Notes under the pieces: model-generated
The model's input: the letters and a program-made list of their open reading frames with translations, nothing else
Databases searched by the model: none
Told to the model about the DNA's origin: nothing
Source: Phoronis australis
Taxonomy: Eukaryota > Animalia > Phoronida
Direction of reading: 5' to 3'
NCBI GenBank assembly: GCA_002633005.1
Contig: NMRA01000130.1
Location: forward strand, 618,082 to 682,081
DNA: 64,000 nucleotides
Shown here: positions 13,990 to 37,906 of the stretch, in pieces
How the letters are laid out: each line of letters begins with the position of its first letter
How positions within the stretch are numbered: the first letter of the stretch is position 1
Position numbers and translations under genes: made by a program

Positions 13990-14077
13990 GATTATCCGAC
14001 ACGGGAATCAAACCAACAACCCCAATAAAACCGGCAAGTGTGCTTACCATTCTGCTAACAGGCAATTGCCCGTTAGC
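13990..14077 (-). mobile_element. tRNA-derived SINE head / tRNA-like relic
   Basis: Minus-strand A box TAGCAGAATGG (14057-14047) and B box GGTTTGATTCC (14014-14004). Near-palindrome gctaacaggcaattgcccgttagc at 14054-14077. Confidence 0.5.
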
Positions 14078-14954
14078 GAGTGATTCACCAGAAGCATGTC
14101 TACAACACTAGCTAGGCAGTGACTCTGCCTAAACCTGGGTATTATTGTTAGTGCTTTGGCTGTGATCTGGCAAATAACACCATCTGTCTGGGCTAGTAAG
14201 GAAATGGACTTGACCATCATTTACAGATACAGAAATCCAACTGACGAAGTTAAGAAAAAGGTTTAACCCAAACATATCTTTATTCAGCAATGACACGTTA
14301 ACATCAATATAATTTATAATTCCTGGGAAAGTTTTACTCAGTCAAGTTTATTAAAGTTAAGTTAGGAATACCGGGTCAGAAACAAGGTCAATATAAAACG
14401 GAGATGGAAGAACGAGCCAAATGTCAAATGACCCGATTAGTTGACCCTCAACAAAAATTCACGCAATTTGAAAGACATTCACTTACCTTATGCAACTTCA
14501 GGGAGTTCAGGTGGTACTCGAAAACCCGTAAGATACTGTGTAAGTCAAGTGCAGCCAATGTTCAACCAGATAGTTCTTTTATTGAAGCCTAAACACACGG
14601 ATATTGGGCCTCAACCCTCAAGAATATTTAGTTGCCTTTGTTACATCCGGGCAACATAAGTGACCTATATTTCACAAATGACCCATTTACAGTGCGTTCT
14701 CATATTAGCTTTTTTGAGAGAAATAAAAATATACAGATATAATTGTATCAAAAAACATTAGATGGAGATTTTAGTAGATTTAAAATGTTAAAATTACTGA
14801 CATTATTTCTTATTTATATGCTAAATACTCAATTAACACGTTTTTGGCAACAGGGTTTTAAGGTTATATCTTAAATAGGTCAACCTAAGCCGACCTTTGA
14901 TTTGTGTGGTAAATTAAAAATTTCTTTCTTGAAATTCAGTGCCAGATAACGAAA

Positions 14955-27045
<12,091 letters not shown>

Positions 27046-30000
27046 ACAGCAATGTCTAGTTGCGGAAAATTTACGAGTTCGGAATTCACCAGGTGGCTCA
27101 AGTAAAACAGCTGTCTTACCGTCTGGAGCACCTAGGGTATTTTTTTCATAGCCTCGGAGGTGGTTCTTTCTGTGCATGTGCAAACTTCAATCATTACAGC
27201 ACGTCATGTGACACTCAAAGTGGAGAATGTTGTGGAAAATGCTGAGACACCCCGTGTAACAATAGACTTAAATACGAGTGAATAGTACTACATCACGGGG
27301 TAGACTAAGGATTGACAATGACCAAAACTTAGACTTTGGAAGCCTTCTCAAACGAAGCCAGGATTTCAGCCATCTCTTAGCATTCCATTCGCTGTAATGA
27401 CTGAAGTTCATGGATGAACAGAAAAGCAACACCTCTGAGGGATACCTTGAGGTTGGGAAAATACCCGAGGTGATCCAGATGGCTTCTTACCTGAAAAGTC
27501 CACGTTATCTCTTGGGACTGTTATTCCACATCCTAGTGAACAAGCTTTCTGTTGTAAACCAATTCAGATAGTGCAAGTAGAGCACCCTTTCTTTGTTAGC
27601 GCCTCCTAGTGAATGTCAAGGACATCAGTGCATTGTGGTCATGGGGATGAGGGAAGGAGTTTGATATTAAATGTAAGTGGTTATGACACCGAAGAGACTA
27701 TTAGAATTTATGGCCAATTTCCTGGAATAATACTTGCATTGTTGTCTTTGGACAGGGTTTGATATTAAGAGGTTGTGATACCATAGAGAGTATTAGAATT
27801 TGATGATGGAGAAGAGAGTTTACTGAAGTAATACTTGCAATAGGGAAAAAGTTATGTATCTGTATGATGTCTAATGTAGCTGAATGTGATACTCAAGGGT
27901 GACAATCGTAATCTTAGTGAAGCTGTAAAATAATGCTTTCACTTAGTCTTTTACTTGATCGTAACTGAAGGTTATAATTCAGATATTGGTGTGGAGTGCT
28001 TGAAGTCACCATTCGTGGATTTTAAATTGTTTTAATATTGCCAAGAATAATGTAAGACTGGAATAGATGTAAATGGAATCAGAGTTTTCATATTTCGCAC
28101 TTGAACAATCTTGGTTCTAGTTGTGTGGCCAGAACTTGTGTTTCGCACCATTCCCTAAAAAGTTGTGTCTGAAGAACGCGTACAAGTGTGTATCTGATTG
28201 ACCTGCTTAAAAACAGTTCTGGTACTTAGGTGTAAGAGTTATAGTGATTGAAGTTGATATTTTGTATGGTATAAAAGAACACCGCTTACACATAACAGTG
28301 CATTGTTTGTAAAGTGAATACTTATTTAGCTTTTGCAAAGCCTTGTATTGCATCATATTTTAAAATGCTGTAAAAACAGTCTAAATCATATAAAAAGCAA
28401 AATACAATGTAACTAAACAGTCTTCCCAATGACAGCTGTGTCGTTACACTTGGGCTTAGTTTCTCTATTGCAATCCTCACTTTGAAGTTAGAGCGGAATT
28501 TTTACCTTGGCCTGGTTGCTGTATGCAGCTTTATATTATGCTCTTAATTTTCTACTTATTTGTGAGTCAATGCTTCAAGTCACGTCAATGAATATTCTCA
28601 CTGTTGCAGTACTTAAAGGTTTTTATTTTTGGTTGTTGCATTTTGTAAATAATGACAGGCCATGACAGACCGTGGACCCACAGCAGGGTTATAAAACCAC
28701 TTCTGTGACCACTTTGGAGGCGGGGGCTAATTTTGATGTTTTCATATTACAAACCATCGTATTTTATTTAAGTCCCTGTGTACATTTCCACACAATTTGA
28801 TTTTTAAATTTGGCTAATTATGCAAAGCGGAGTTGTCTCCTGACTGGAGGTGTGGCCCACAGTCTATTGATGATTTCCTTGTGTTTTGAAATAAATGTCC
28901 AGTAACATACCTTGTATAGAAATAAAGAAGTTAGAATGCACATTTGCAGATAGAAAAGTGCAATGTTTGTCTGCTCTTACCACATTTACGAACAAATTAT
29001 TCTCGCCTCATTTCAACTCTGTGTGGTGTAAATAAAACTATTGATCTTTTTGTAGTTAGAGATTTGTGCAATAGTTGCAATGGATTGTGGGAAATCTTCT
29101 AAGCTGAGTGAAACCAACCAATAAAATCAGAAAATGCTCACCTACATTTCCATCCAACAGGTGTAAAATATGATTTTGATGATTACTAATATTTGTTGAG
29201 AAACAAGTGTACTTAATTTGAGTAATGGTAATGTTCAGTTTCTTTGACCAGTTTTCGATGTTTTTGTATTTAACTGACGTGATCTCTGTTCCAAGTTTTG
29301 GTTCTTGTTCTGTTGCTGCAAGTTGTATTTGTGTGGGGGTGTTATGTAACATGTTTCATGATGTACACACACATTGAATAAACACATCTAGTCATTTTAT
29401 AGTAATTTTTTATTTTGAAGATACTGCACAACTGTTTAACAGTCAAAATACACTTTTCAAAAGTGATTAGCGAATGAAAATATTCAAACTGGTGTTGGTG
29501 TCCTGTGCTGCCCAGTAAGATAGATTTGTACCTGTATACAAATAATATCATGCCAAGTTGAGATCGTGTCTTTTGTAAAGGAGATAAATATTGTCATCCT
29601 CCACCTTAAGCGAGTGTTCAGTGGTCTGGTAGTTCAAGCAATTCACTTGTTTAGTATGACATCATTTTGACATTCTGGACCCATTCAAATAAAATTAAAA
29701 TGCCAAAATGTAGCGCTGTAGATTATGAAGCACTTTGAAAATTATTACCTTGCTATACACCTCGTTCACCTTAATCCCTTCTAAAGTCCCCATGAGCTCA
29801 AAATGGGAGAAACCGTAGTTACGGTTGAAATGTACCGATTAATCCAAACCTATAATTTTGTAAAAATATCAAGCACTAATGTCTCTGTGGTTACATTAAC
29901 CGGAAAAAAACGATACCTACAAAATTTTGAAAATGTCGTGGTATTTCTATTCCTATTAATTTGTGGGTCCAAATCGGTTCATAATAGTGGCACATATGTC

Positions 30001-32509
30001 ACCACTAAACATCTGAATTGGCACACGGGGTTGATTTCCCTGTCTCAACAACCCATTGTTCCCATTCTTCGGCTGAATTTATCACCATCTATTGTCAGAA
30101 TATTGAATTGACAAGAGCATTGAGCTGCACACCAGTACTCGAGTACTAATACATAAGCAATCCAGAAAATACTGGTATTTAATGTTGATAGCACAAGTAC
30201 CAGTTTTCTAATCAGCTTTTTCAACAATGTACCAATCTACGTTTTATACACTCGCGAAAGTGGCAAGAATTGTGGACAGTCCTCGATTTACCCATGTATT
30301 TAATTACATCTGTAATTTGCAAGTATCGAGAACAATACTGTTAGAAAACCCTACCACTAAGAAAATATCTATATTTGATCCTATGATCACCGGTGTGCAG
30401 TTCAACATAATATGGACAATTTTAAAGGGGTATTTCCTCCCTGCAAAAGGCCTAGACACGAAACAGACGGGTTAATCTCTAAATAAACTAGTCTTGACTT
30501 TCCTTTTCATGCTGGAAATTAGTATCTACCATCAAAAGAAATTTAAAGTTCACTGGCGATTGATGTGAAGCAATCTAATTTTGGAAGGGCTGGCTCACCT
30601 AATCAAATTAGAGGCTGTGCAATGCCCTTCCTGAATACTCTGTTCTGGAAGAAAATCACCTTCCATGCGGTATGGCATGGAGGTGTTTGTAGGACATTTT
30701 GCGAAATTGAGTAACCATGTTTTTAGATCTGAGATGGAAATGTCCCTTGAAGCGTCTTTAAACCAGCCTTCCATCAACAATAATTTTTGATTTAGGGCAC
30801 ATACTGTTAGTAATAAAATTGTCCTTATCTTACTGTTAAGTGGTCTATATCAAGAGGAAACTTTGTTGACAAATGAAGGTCTATAGCCACATTCATTACC
30901 GAGAGTAAACCGCAATGTTTCATAAGCTCTACATAAACACAGGTCCACTTTTACCACATACACAAATAGCCATTCAGCAGAGAATTGTTAGTATAGCACG
31001 ATCTCACAATATCACTCACTCGCAGTTGCAGCCCAGGGGGTCTGTTCCATGTGATGAGCAGGAAGTGTTGCCTCACATTCAGAATCTAAACCAGTGCAAC
31101 GTCTGATTAGTCAGTAAAAGGGGTACACAGGACAATACATTGAAAAATCACAGGGTGACAACTGAATACCAAATCGCAGATTGCAACAATAAAAATTAAC
31201 CATCCAAAATGAAATTAGAGAGCCACACTTTCCCGCCACCCAAGAGGATACTTGAGAAAGCCAAATACCCACACAACAGTTTGTAGCATACCCTTACTGC
31301 CATGCTTCACCTTAAATGGGAGACCCTTGAGTACTGCTTAACTCTGATTTAAGATAAGAAAAGTAACTATTCAACAGAATATTGAAGAACAGATTAACTT
31401 AAAAACTGACGTGGATTTGGATGTGATGACTAAATATTCATTTTGGAGAAAAAAGAATGCATGCTCAAAAACAAATCCTTGGTCATCTGTTTGCATTGCA
31501 TGTGGAATGGAGCACCGAACTATCAGCAACGTCAAAATTGTCAGTGGAACTACACGGGCACTGAATAGACATGTCTTTCTATCCCTTTTCCTGTGTTTTC
31601 ACATATGTTCGCACTCGAGTCTATTATCCCCATTTTCTCGTCCCATTGTGGCTATTTCTGCTGAATCTCTGTATTCTTCGACTTCAAACGCTCCTGTTCA
31701 CTCATGTAAAAGGTCCATCGCTTGCGCTTCCCAATATCTATGTCCAGTTTGTCTATCTGCCATCTACAAAAGAGAACGACTTAGGCATCGAGAAGAGAAA
31801 TAGCATACGATTGGAGCTGCTTTGGTTTTTGGAAGATATTTAATGCTTGTACCTACATAGGATACACAATGAAAATTTTGGAGTGATTACACTTGTCTGG
31901 TAGGCCAATTTCATGCCATAACACTGAGGACCGGGGTCTTTTTATCGAACTCCAAGTATTTTTTTACATTTTCCGTTGACCTTGAATACAAACATAATTC
32001 CTTACTCGCGCGTATTATGGTTTATATGAATGATTGTAATTCTATTTTGCATTTGATGATCCCAACATTAAAGCTATAGGTTTGGGTCCGAACTCCAGAT
32101 CTTGAGTTTTTATTCAAAACCGAGAGTTTCTACTCGAATTTAAAGCTTCGATCAAGGGGTCATTAAGTGGGCTAGCTGCTCAACTGCGTAAATAACAATA
32201 TGCTCTAGCACAGAATAAGAGACAGCGTTCGTATTAAAGTAGAATGGAAAATGACCAAAATATTTTCGACTTTGATTCCGAGTATCAAGATTAGATCCTG
32301 GGCTTAGTGTTATTAGTTAGTGCTAAGCAGCCATGAACATACCTTCAATAATTACATAGTGACAATTTTCTTCATCTAAGATATTGCACACTAAGACTTT
32401 TCTCCTCACACTGACCTTAGCTACGACTTGAACTTGATGTAAATAAATAGGGCACTCATTCTCACTTTCTAACTGGCCTTAATCAACAGATAGCTGTGTT
32501 TTATTTAAC

Positions 32510-34549
32510 TCATATATTTAGAATAACAGTGCCAAACAGACAAATAACCCATGACATTACAAAGTTACAATATCCTCTAAGTTCCTGCACAGATGAAGAA
32601 TGCAAAAATGAAAATGGGTTTTTCCATTTCCTGTAATATCGGTAATCCATGTCTTTGTGTCCAGCCTTGACATCGTAATGAAGCCAACACTTGCCTGTCA
32701 GCTGACTGAAACTTACGGATTCACACGAGACTTCTTCACAGCACTGCATTTTACACTCCTTTTCTCCGGGCACATCAACAGGCCATGCTTGCTCCTCGGT
32801 ATTGACAGTGTACCTACCACGGAACAGCAGGCACTCCTCCAGGCAACTAAAGCCATCACACACACCAGACTCTCTCTCCATTTTCCCTGGGACACAGTTC
32901 ATACACAATCGTTGTCTCTGGCGCTTGCCAGCTCCGCACTTAGAACTACACTCCGTCCATTCTTGCCACTTGTGCCAGCGAGGAATAAACGGACACTCCG
33001 GTGGCTCACAATCCTCTAGCTCCACATATTCATCAGGGAAGCAGTCCAATCCACCATTAGCAGGTGCTGGATCGGTGCATGTCTTGCGGCGCTTGCGAAC
33101 CCCTTGTCCACATGTTCCAGCACACATAGTCCATGCTTTCCATTCAGACCAGCTTCCATTGACAATGCAGGGATCAAGGTGACATACCTCAACAACAGTA
33201 AAATTCCCTTGGCAAGGGGCTCCACCATAGGCAGGTGCGGGATTATCGCAGGACCGATTCCAGTACTGGACGCCGCTACCACACGTCACACTGCAGCCAA
33301 CCCACACATTCCAGTTTGACCACTGGCCATCTACAGGGCACATACTATTGTGCCGGCACGTTTTCATATCTAAATTATCCCCTTCACATTGGCGTCCATT
33401 GTCTTCCGGTGGTGGGTTGTTACACAACCGCACGCGTACCTGAGCACCTTGTTCACACGTGACATTGCAATGATCCCAAGCTCCCCATTTGGACCATCTG
33501 CCATCTACTGGACAGTTTGGTAACTGACATTCTATCCAGTTGTCGCTATGCCCAACACAATGTTTTCCACCATAAAGGGGAGCAGGATTGTTGCACAGTC
33601 TATGTAGTTGCTGAGTGGCTTTCCCACATGACTTGCTACAGTGGGTTTTTGGCAGCCACGCACCCCACATTCCATCCACGGGGCAAGTGTCCAATTCGCA
33701 GTTCGTGGCCGTTGTAGCATTACCAGAGCAATTGCGTCCATTGTACTGAGGGGGAGGGTTGTTACAGTCTCTTTCAGCGACTTTTGTACCAGGGCCACAT
33801 GTTGCCGAGCATGCAGAGAAATTACCCCAAGATCCCCATTGTCCGTCAATGGGACAAGGACCTTCTTCACAGATTTGTGCTTGACTGGCATCTCCTTTGC
33901 ATGGATCTCCGCCGTACAGTGGGGTCGGGTTATCGCACCTGCGTTCGCGTATACGAGTACCTTTCTCACACGTCACGCTACAATCTTTCCATCCTTCCCA
34001 CTCGCTCCAGTTCCCATGAACAGTAGGAATGTACTCGCAGAGATAGCTTCTAGTCTCTGAACAATTGCCATCAATCCATCTACCATGGTATTGCGACGAG
34101 TGCATTGTGAACATCCAGACGCAGTCTTCGTTGGCGTTGTTACCGTATGCACCGCCATTGTCTGGTTGGGAGTCCATCCAATTGCTGTATACCATCGGCT
34201 TGTTATCTGGCTTCCATATCATGCTCCCTTCTACATCATCATCGGTGGCGCCAAGCCACCATTCCAGACTGTTGAGAGCGTTCCTACTGAGAAATTTGGC
34301 AACGACGGTGTTTTTTAAGAAAGATTCAATATGTGCGAGATGGCCACCATCTAAGCTGCACTGGGCGGAGGCTGACGTCCAGTTCTTGACGTGTGTACCA
34401 ACTCTGAGGCAAGAATTGATTTCAAATTGAAATATATAGCTCACAGGACATGGATTTGTGACTGCATCCTGTGCTAACAAGCATTTCAACAAGACAACCG
34501 ATAATAAAGCACTCCTCCCGTAATCGACCATTAAAGTCAAATTAACCAT
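32510..34549 (-). CDS. Cell-surface protein with uninterrupted CDS: signal peptide, C-type lectin (QPD), 7 TSP1 repeats, PAN/Apple domain, GPI-signal-like tail
   Basis: Single open frame with in-frame ATGs at 34639, 34615, 34549 and 34531. LLSVVLLKCLLA signal; WWLGATD..QPDN..EDC..WIDGNC lectin; six hemicentin-type and one shorter WxxWxxWxxCSxxC repeats; ECKMQCCEEVSCESVSF..CWL apple motif; HSSS...FVMSWVICLFGTVILNI* tail; AATAAA immediately after the stop. Confidence 0.9.
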   Translation of the reverse strand: MVNLTLMVDYGRSALLSVVLLKCLLAQDAVTNPCPVSYIFQFEINSCLRVGTHVKNWTSASAQCSLDGGHLAHIESFLKNTVVAKFLSRNALNSLEWWLGATDDDVEGSMIWKPDNKPMVYSNWMDSQPDNGGAYGNNANEDCVWMFTMHSSQYHGRWIDGNCSETRSYLCEYIPTVHGNWSEWEGWKDCSVTCEKGTRIRERRCDNPTPLYGGDPCKGDASQAQICEEGPCPIDGQWGSWGNFSACSATCGPGTKVAERDCNNPPPQYNGRNCSGNATTATNCELDTCPVDGMWGAWLPKTHCSKSCGKATQQLHRLCNNPAPLYGGKHCVGHSDNWIECQLPNCPVDGRWSKWGAWDHCNVTCEQGAQVRVRLCNNPPPEDNGRQCEGDNLDMKTCRHNSMCPVDGQWSNWNVWVGCSVTCGSGVQYWNRSCDNPAPAYGGAPCQGNFTVVEVCHLDPCIVNGSWSEWKAWTMCAGTCGQGVRKRRKTCTDPAPANGGLDCFPDEYVELEDCEPPECPFIPRWHKWQEWTECSSKCGAGKRQRQRLCMNCVPGKMERESGVCDGFSCLEECLLFRGRYTVNTEEQAWPVDVPGEKECKMQCCEEVSCESVSFSQLTGKCWLHYDVKAGHKDMDYRYYRKWKNPFSFLHSSSVQELRGYCNFVMSWVICLFGTVILNI

Positions 34550-34844
34550 AGTGACAAGTAAGCTGAGCAATGAAATGTGAATGGATAATATTGTCAGAGT
34601 GATGACATCACACATCACATTCCTCAGCAGTGATGTCATAAAGAAAATGGAATCATGAAGTAAACACAATTTTGCAAAATCAAAAACTCCCTTAAGGAGC
34701 AAACTGACAACATCAGATATGTAAATTGTAAGGTTGGAAATGAAGTGAAAAAGCAATAGCTAGAAATTTAAAATAAGAGAAACATGAAATTGAAAGTTCA
34801 GCAATAGCTTAAAACTCTAGAATATCACAAAAGGCGCTCTACTC

Positions 34845-35915
34845 ATGGATGCCAGTGAGCGGAGTCTAACAGAACAAACAGAAAAACAAAATTCAAAAAA
34901 GGACGATAACTTGAAGATAGCGGACCAAGACCCCGTGAGTATTACCCCATTAGTTGAAGGGATTTCTTCAACAGCCTGGACACCAGACATTCGCACCATT
35001 TCCTGGCAGGACACAAGCGTGGCCAAAAAAGAACAGGACCTAACACATGTTGATGCCGTGGACAAGTCAGTCTCAGGAAAACCTTTAGATAACCACCCTG
35101 TAGAAAACAAATGGGTGGTTAGTAATGCATCATTGAATTCAAACCTGAAAGGAAGCAAGGAATCGTTGTACAAAGGTGAGACAGCCTCGGAAAAAACTCA
35201 TTTCATTGATCGTCCTGTGCACAGCAAGGAGATCACAAGCAACGCGTCGTTAAATTCCAACTTGAAAGGAAGCGACGACGCATTCGGTGACGATTTAGTC
35301 GTAGAACCGCAACTGAAACCGTTGGTGACTAGCGCTCCTCAGATTCAAACACCACCTCCACCAGAGCCTGAGAACAAATATTTCCCAGTTTGCGGTGGTA
35401 CATGCTATGTGGTACCTCACGCTCCAAAGGATATGGTGATCAAGGCGAGGGCCTTCCTTGTATTATGTATGGTAGCCATGGCAACAAGTTTGTTCAATAT
35501 CTTCAACCTGTCCCTAAATGGTCCAGTGCACCTAATTAATGTCGACACACGTGGATTTATGGCAGTCTTAGACTGGATCTTTTTTCTTATTTGCATCATC
35601 TCATTGCTAGCAGCAGGAGGGCTGGGCATGTTCATGTGTCTGCCATCAAACAGAAAATTCCTCTTATTTGAGCTGCCCAATTTAGAGACTCAGCCATCTG
35701 CTAGCATCTATGGTAGCAGTCGATTGATTGTGTCCCAAGAACTGCAGCCTAAAGCCTCAAAGGCACCTTCGACTCAGGGTGAGCAATCACATAAAAGCCA
35801 GATATCAGTACCACTGCAATCAAAGCAGATGCCTGGAAAAACGGTTGAAAGTAGTGAAGATGCCTCTACTAAACCTCAAGAAAGTCTAACCATTGAAATG
35901 CATTCAACAATTTAA
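34845..35915 (+). CDS. Uncharacterised two-transmembrane protein A (356 aa, uninterrupted ORF)
   Basis: ATG-to-TAA ORF. Long polar N-terminus with duplicated SNASLNSNLKGS. Two hydrophobic helices (AFLVLCMVAMATSLFNIF; VLDWIFFLICIISLLAAGGLGMFMCL). AATAAA at ~35976. Clear paralogy to the ORF at 40542-41222. Confidence 0.8.
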   Translation: MDASERSLTEQTEKQNSKKDDNLKIADQDPVSITPLVEGISSTAWTPDIRTISWQDTSVAKKEQDLTHVDAVDKSVSGKPLDNHPVENKWVVSNASLNSNLKGSKESLYKGETASEKTHFIDRPVHSKEITSNASLNSNLKGSDDAFGDDLVVEPQLKPLVTSAPQIQTPPPPEPENKYFPVCGGTCYVVPHAPKDMVIKARAFLVLCMVAMATSLFNIFNLSLNGPVHLINVDTRGFMAVLDWIFFLICIISLLAAGGLGMFMCLPSNRKFLLFELPNLETQPSASIYGSSRLIVSQELQPKASKAPSTQGEQSHKSQISVPLQSKQMPGKTVESSEDASTKPQESLTIEMHSTI

Positions 35916-36279
35916 CTACTGAAACTAGTAGTTCATGAAATTCAGCTGATGTTATTGAGCACAGCAAATCATGAAATAAAAATTTGTCACATGATCTCAT
36001 AGGGTTTACAAGTGACATTTACATCTTTTGGTCAGGAAATTGCAACTTTGGTTACGCCTAGTCATTATAGATGTTAAAAGAATGTGACAAAAGTTTGTTG
36101 CTGAACCTAAATCACCTGAAATTCAATTAATAGTCCCCAATTGCAGTATCACTGTGTTGGATTTAGCTCTGACATGGGATTTCAACTCAGTCAGGCAGGA
36201 AATCTACAGACTACATAACAGAGATCATCTCACACATAGTGGAAACTTTCAGGAATGAATAACCATATAAGGGGGGGGN

Positions 36280-36957
36280 CCTGTCCCTAAATGGTCCAGT
36301 GCACCTAATTAATGTCGACACACGTGGATTTATGGCAGTCTTAGACTGGATCTTTTTTCTTATTTGCATCATCTCATTGCTAGCAGCAGGAGGGCTGGGC
36401 ATGTTCATGTGTCTACCATCAAACAGAAAATTCCTTTTATTTGAGCTGCCCAATTTAGAGACTCAGCCATCTGCTAGCATCTATGGTAGCAGTCGATTGA
36501 TTGTGTCCCAAGAACTGCAGCCTAAAGCCTCGAAGGCACTTTCGACTCAGGGTGAGCAATCACATAAAAGCCAGTTGTCAGTACCACTGCAATCAAAGCA
36601 GATGCCTGGAGAAACGGTTGAAAGTAGTGAAGATGCCTCTACTAAACCTCAAGAAAGTCTAACCATTGAAATGCATTCAACAATTTAACTACTGAAACTA
36701 GTAGTTCATGAAATTCAACTGATGTTATTGAGCACAGCAAATCATAAAGTAAAAATTTGTCACATGATCTCATAGGGTTTACAATTAGTGACATTTACAT
36801 CTTTTGGTCAGGAAATTGCAACTTTGGTTACGCCTAGTCATTATAAATGTTAAAAGAATGTGACAAAAGTTTGTTGCTGAACCTAAATCACCTGAAATTC
36901 AATTAATAGTCCACAATTGCAGTATCACTGTGCTGGATTTAGCTCTGACATGGGATT
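36280..36957 (+). repeat. Second copy of 35507-36182 (3' part of TM gene A and its UTR) after the single N at 36279; probable alternative haplotype
   Basis: Starts abruptly at the gap. About 98% identical in the coding part (7 nt differences). No start region of its own. Confidence 0.8.
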
Positions 36958-37690
36958 TTTTCGCGTGCCTTCTTTATATTCATGACTCAAATGCGTTGTT
37001 TTTTAAACGTTAAAAGTGGCTCAATATTAAAATGGGGACAGCGTGAATAAGGTGTACAGTCACCAGTTTCAGTAGATGAACCGATTTCTCATTATAATTA
37101 CTGGTAAACAGTAAATCGAATATCCTGCGTAAATAAAGGCAATTCTTGGTAAAGGTCTTATCATGTTACTTTGGCTGTGCATGTCGTGGGGACCCTAGGT
37201 TCAACTGGCAATCTCCCATCAGTCGAGATTATAACACATCACTTTGTAAACAGAACTAGTAACTTGATAAAAAATAAGAAATGAGTTAAAAATGACATCA
37301 TTGATAATCAAATCGTGCACAAAGTTACAGGATACCATAATCTATTTTATCATGGTGAATTTGCAAAACAATGACAAAGTATTGCATGATCTTCACGGCC
37401 AGCCTACCCAGCAGACGACTATGGTAGACATGAGTAACAAAACTATAAGTTGGATATACACTAGGATTCATTTAAAATGTTTTACCTAAAATGCTCTAAT
37501 GGTTCGGCTTAAAACATGACAAACTTGACAATGCTATGCCATTTTCATTGAGCTGAAGAGCAGCTGCCGATTGTCAAACAAAATGTTATTTGTTGCATGC
37601 ATTTGAATGTGTTCTTTGACTACGTAAAACATTTGAAAATTCTTGTGTGCATTGACCTATAGATTATAGTTCATTGCATTCTTACTTTAG

Positions 37691-37906
37691 ACAATGTTGC
37701 TTAGCGGGTGACTACGTAAGATACTGGTACAACACAACACAACATACCATACCCTGGTATTACAATGTTACTTAGTGGGTGACTATGTAAGATACTGGTA
37801 CAACATAACACAACATACCATGCCCTGGTATTACAATGTTACTTTTCGGGTGACTACGTAAGATACTGGTACAACATAACACAACATACCATTCCCTGGT
37901 ATTACA
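37691..37906. repeat. 71-bp minisatellite, 3 copies
   Basis: acaatgtt.ctt..gggtgacta.gtaagatactggtacaaca.aacacaacataccat.ccctggtatt at 37691, 37762 and 37833. Confidence 0.95.

Noticed and set aside
14404-14592. ORF with ERHSLTLC as a possible RUNDC3 first coding exon
   Set aside because: Exon 14955-15043 (VQKRNISSVCR, canonical phase-2 donor) fits the RUNDC3 N-terminus much better
32657-34430. Many plus-strand and alternative-frame ORFs over the adhesin
   Set aside because: Shadow frames of a relatively GC-rich coding sequence with no recognisable motifs
34640-34756. N-terminal extension of the 748-aa ORF from the TTG at 34756
   Set aside because: Non-ATG start in a eukaryote. Downstream ATGs precede a proper signal peptide.
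36299-36688. Third TM paralog (129-aa ORF)
   Set aside because: Begins right after an assembly N, lacks an ATG start and TM1, and is ~98% identical to gene A. Best explained as a haplotype overlap.
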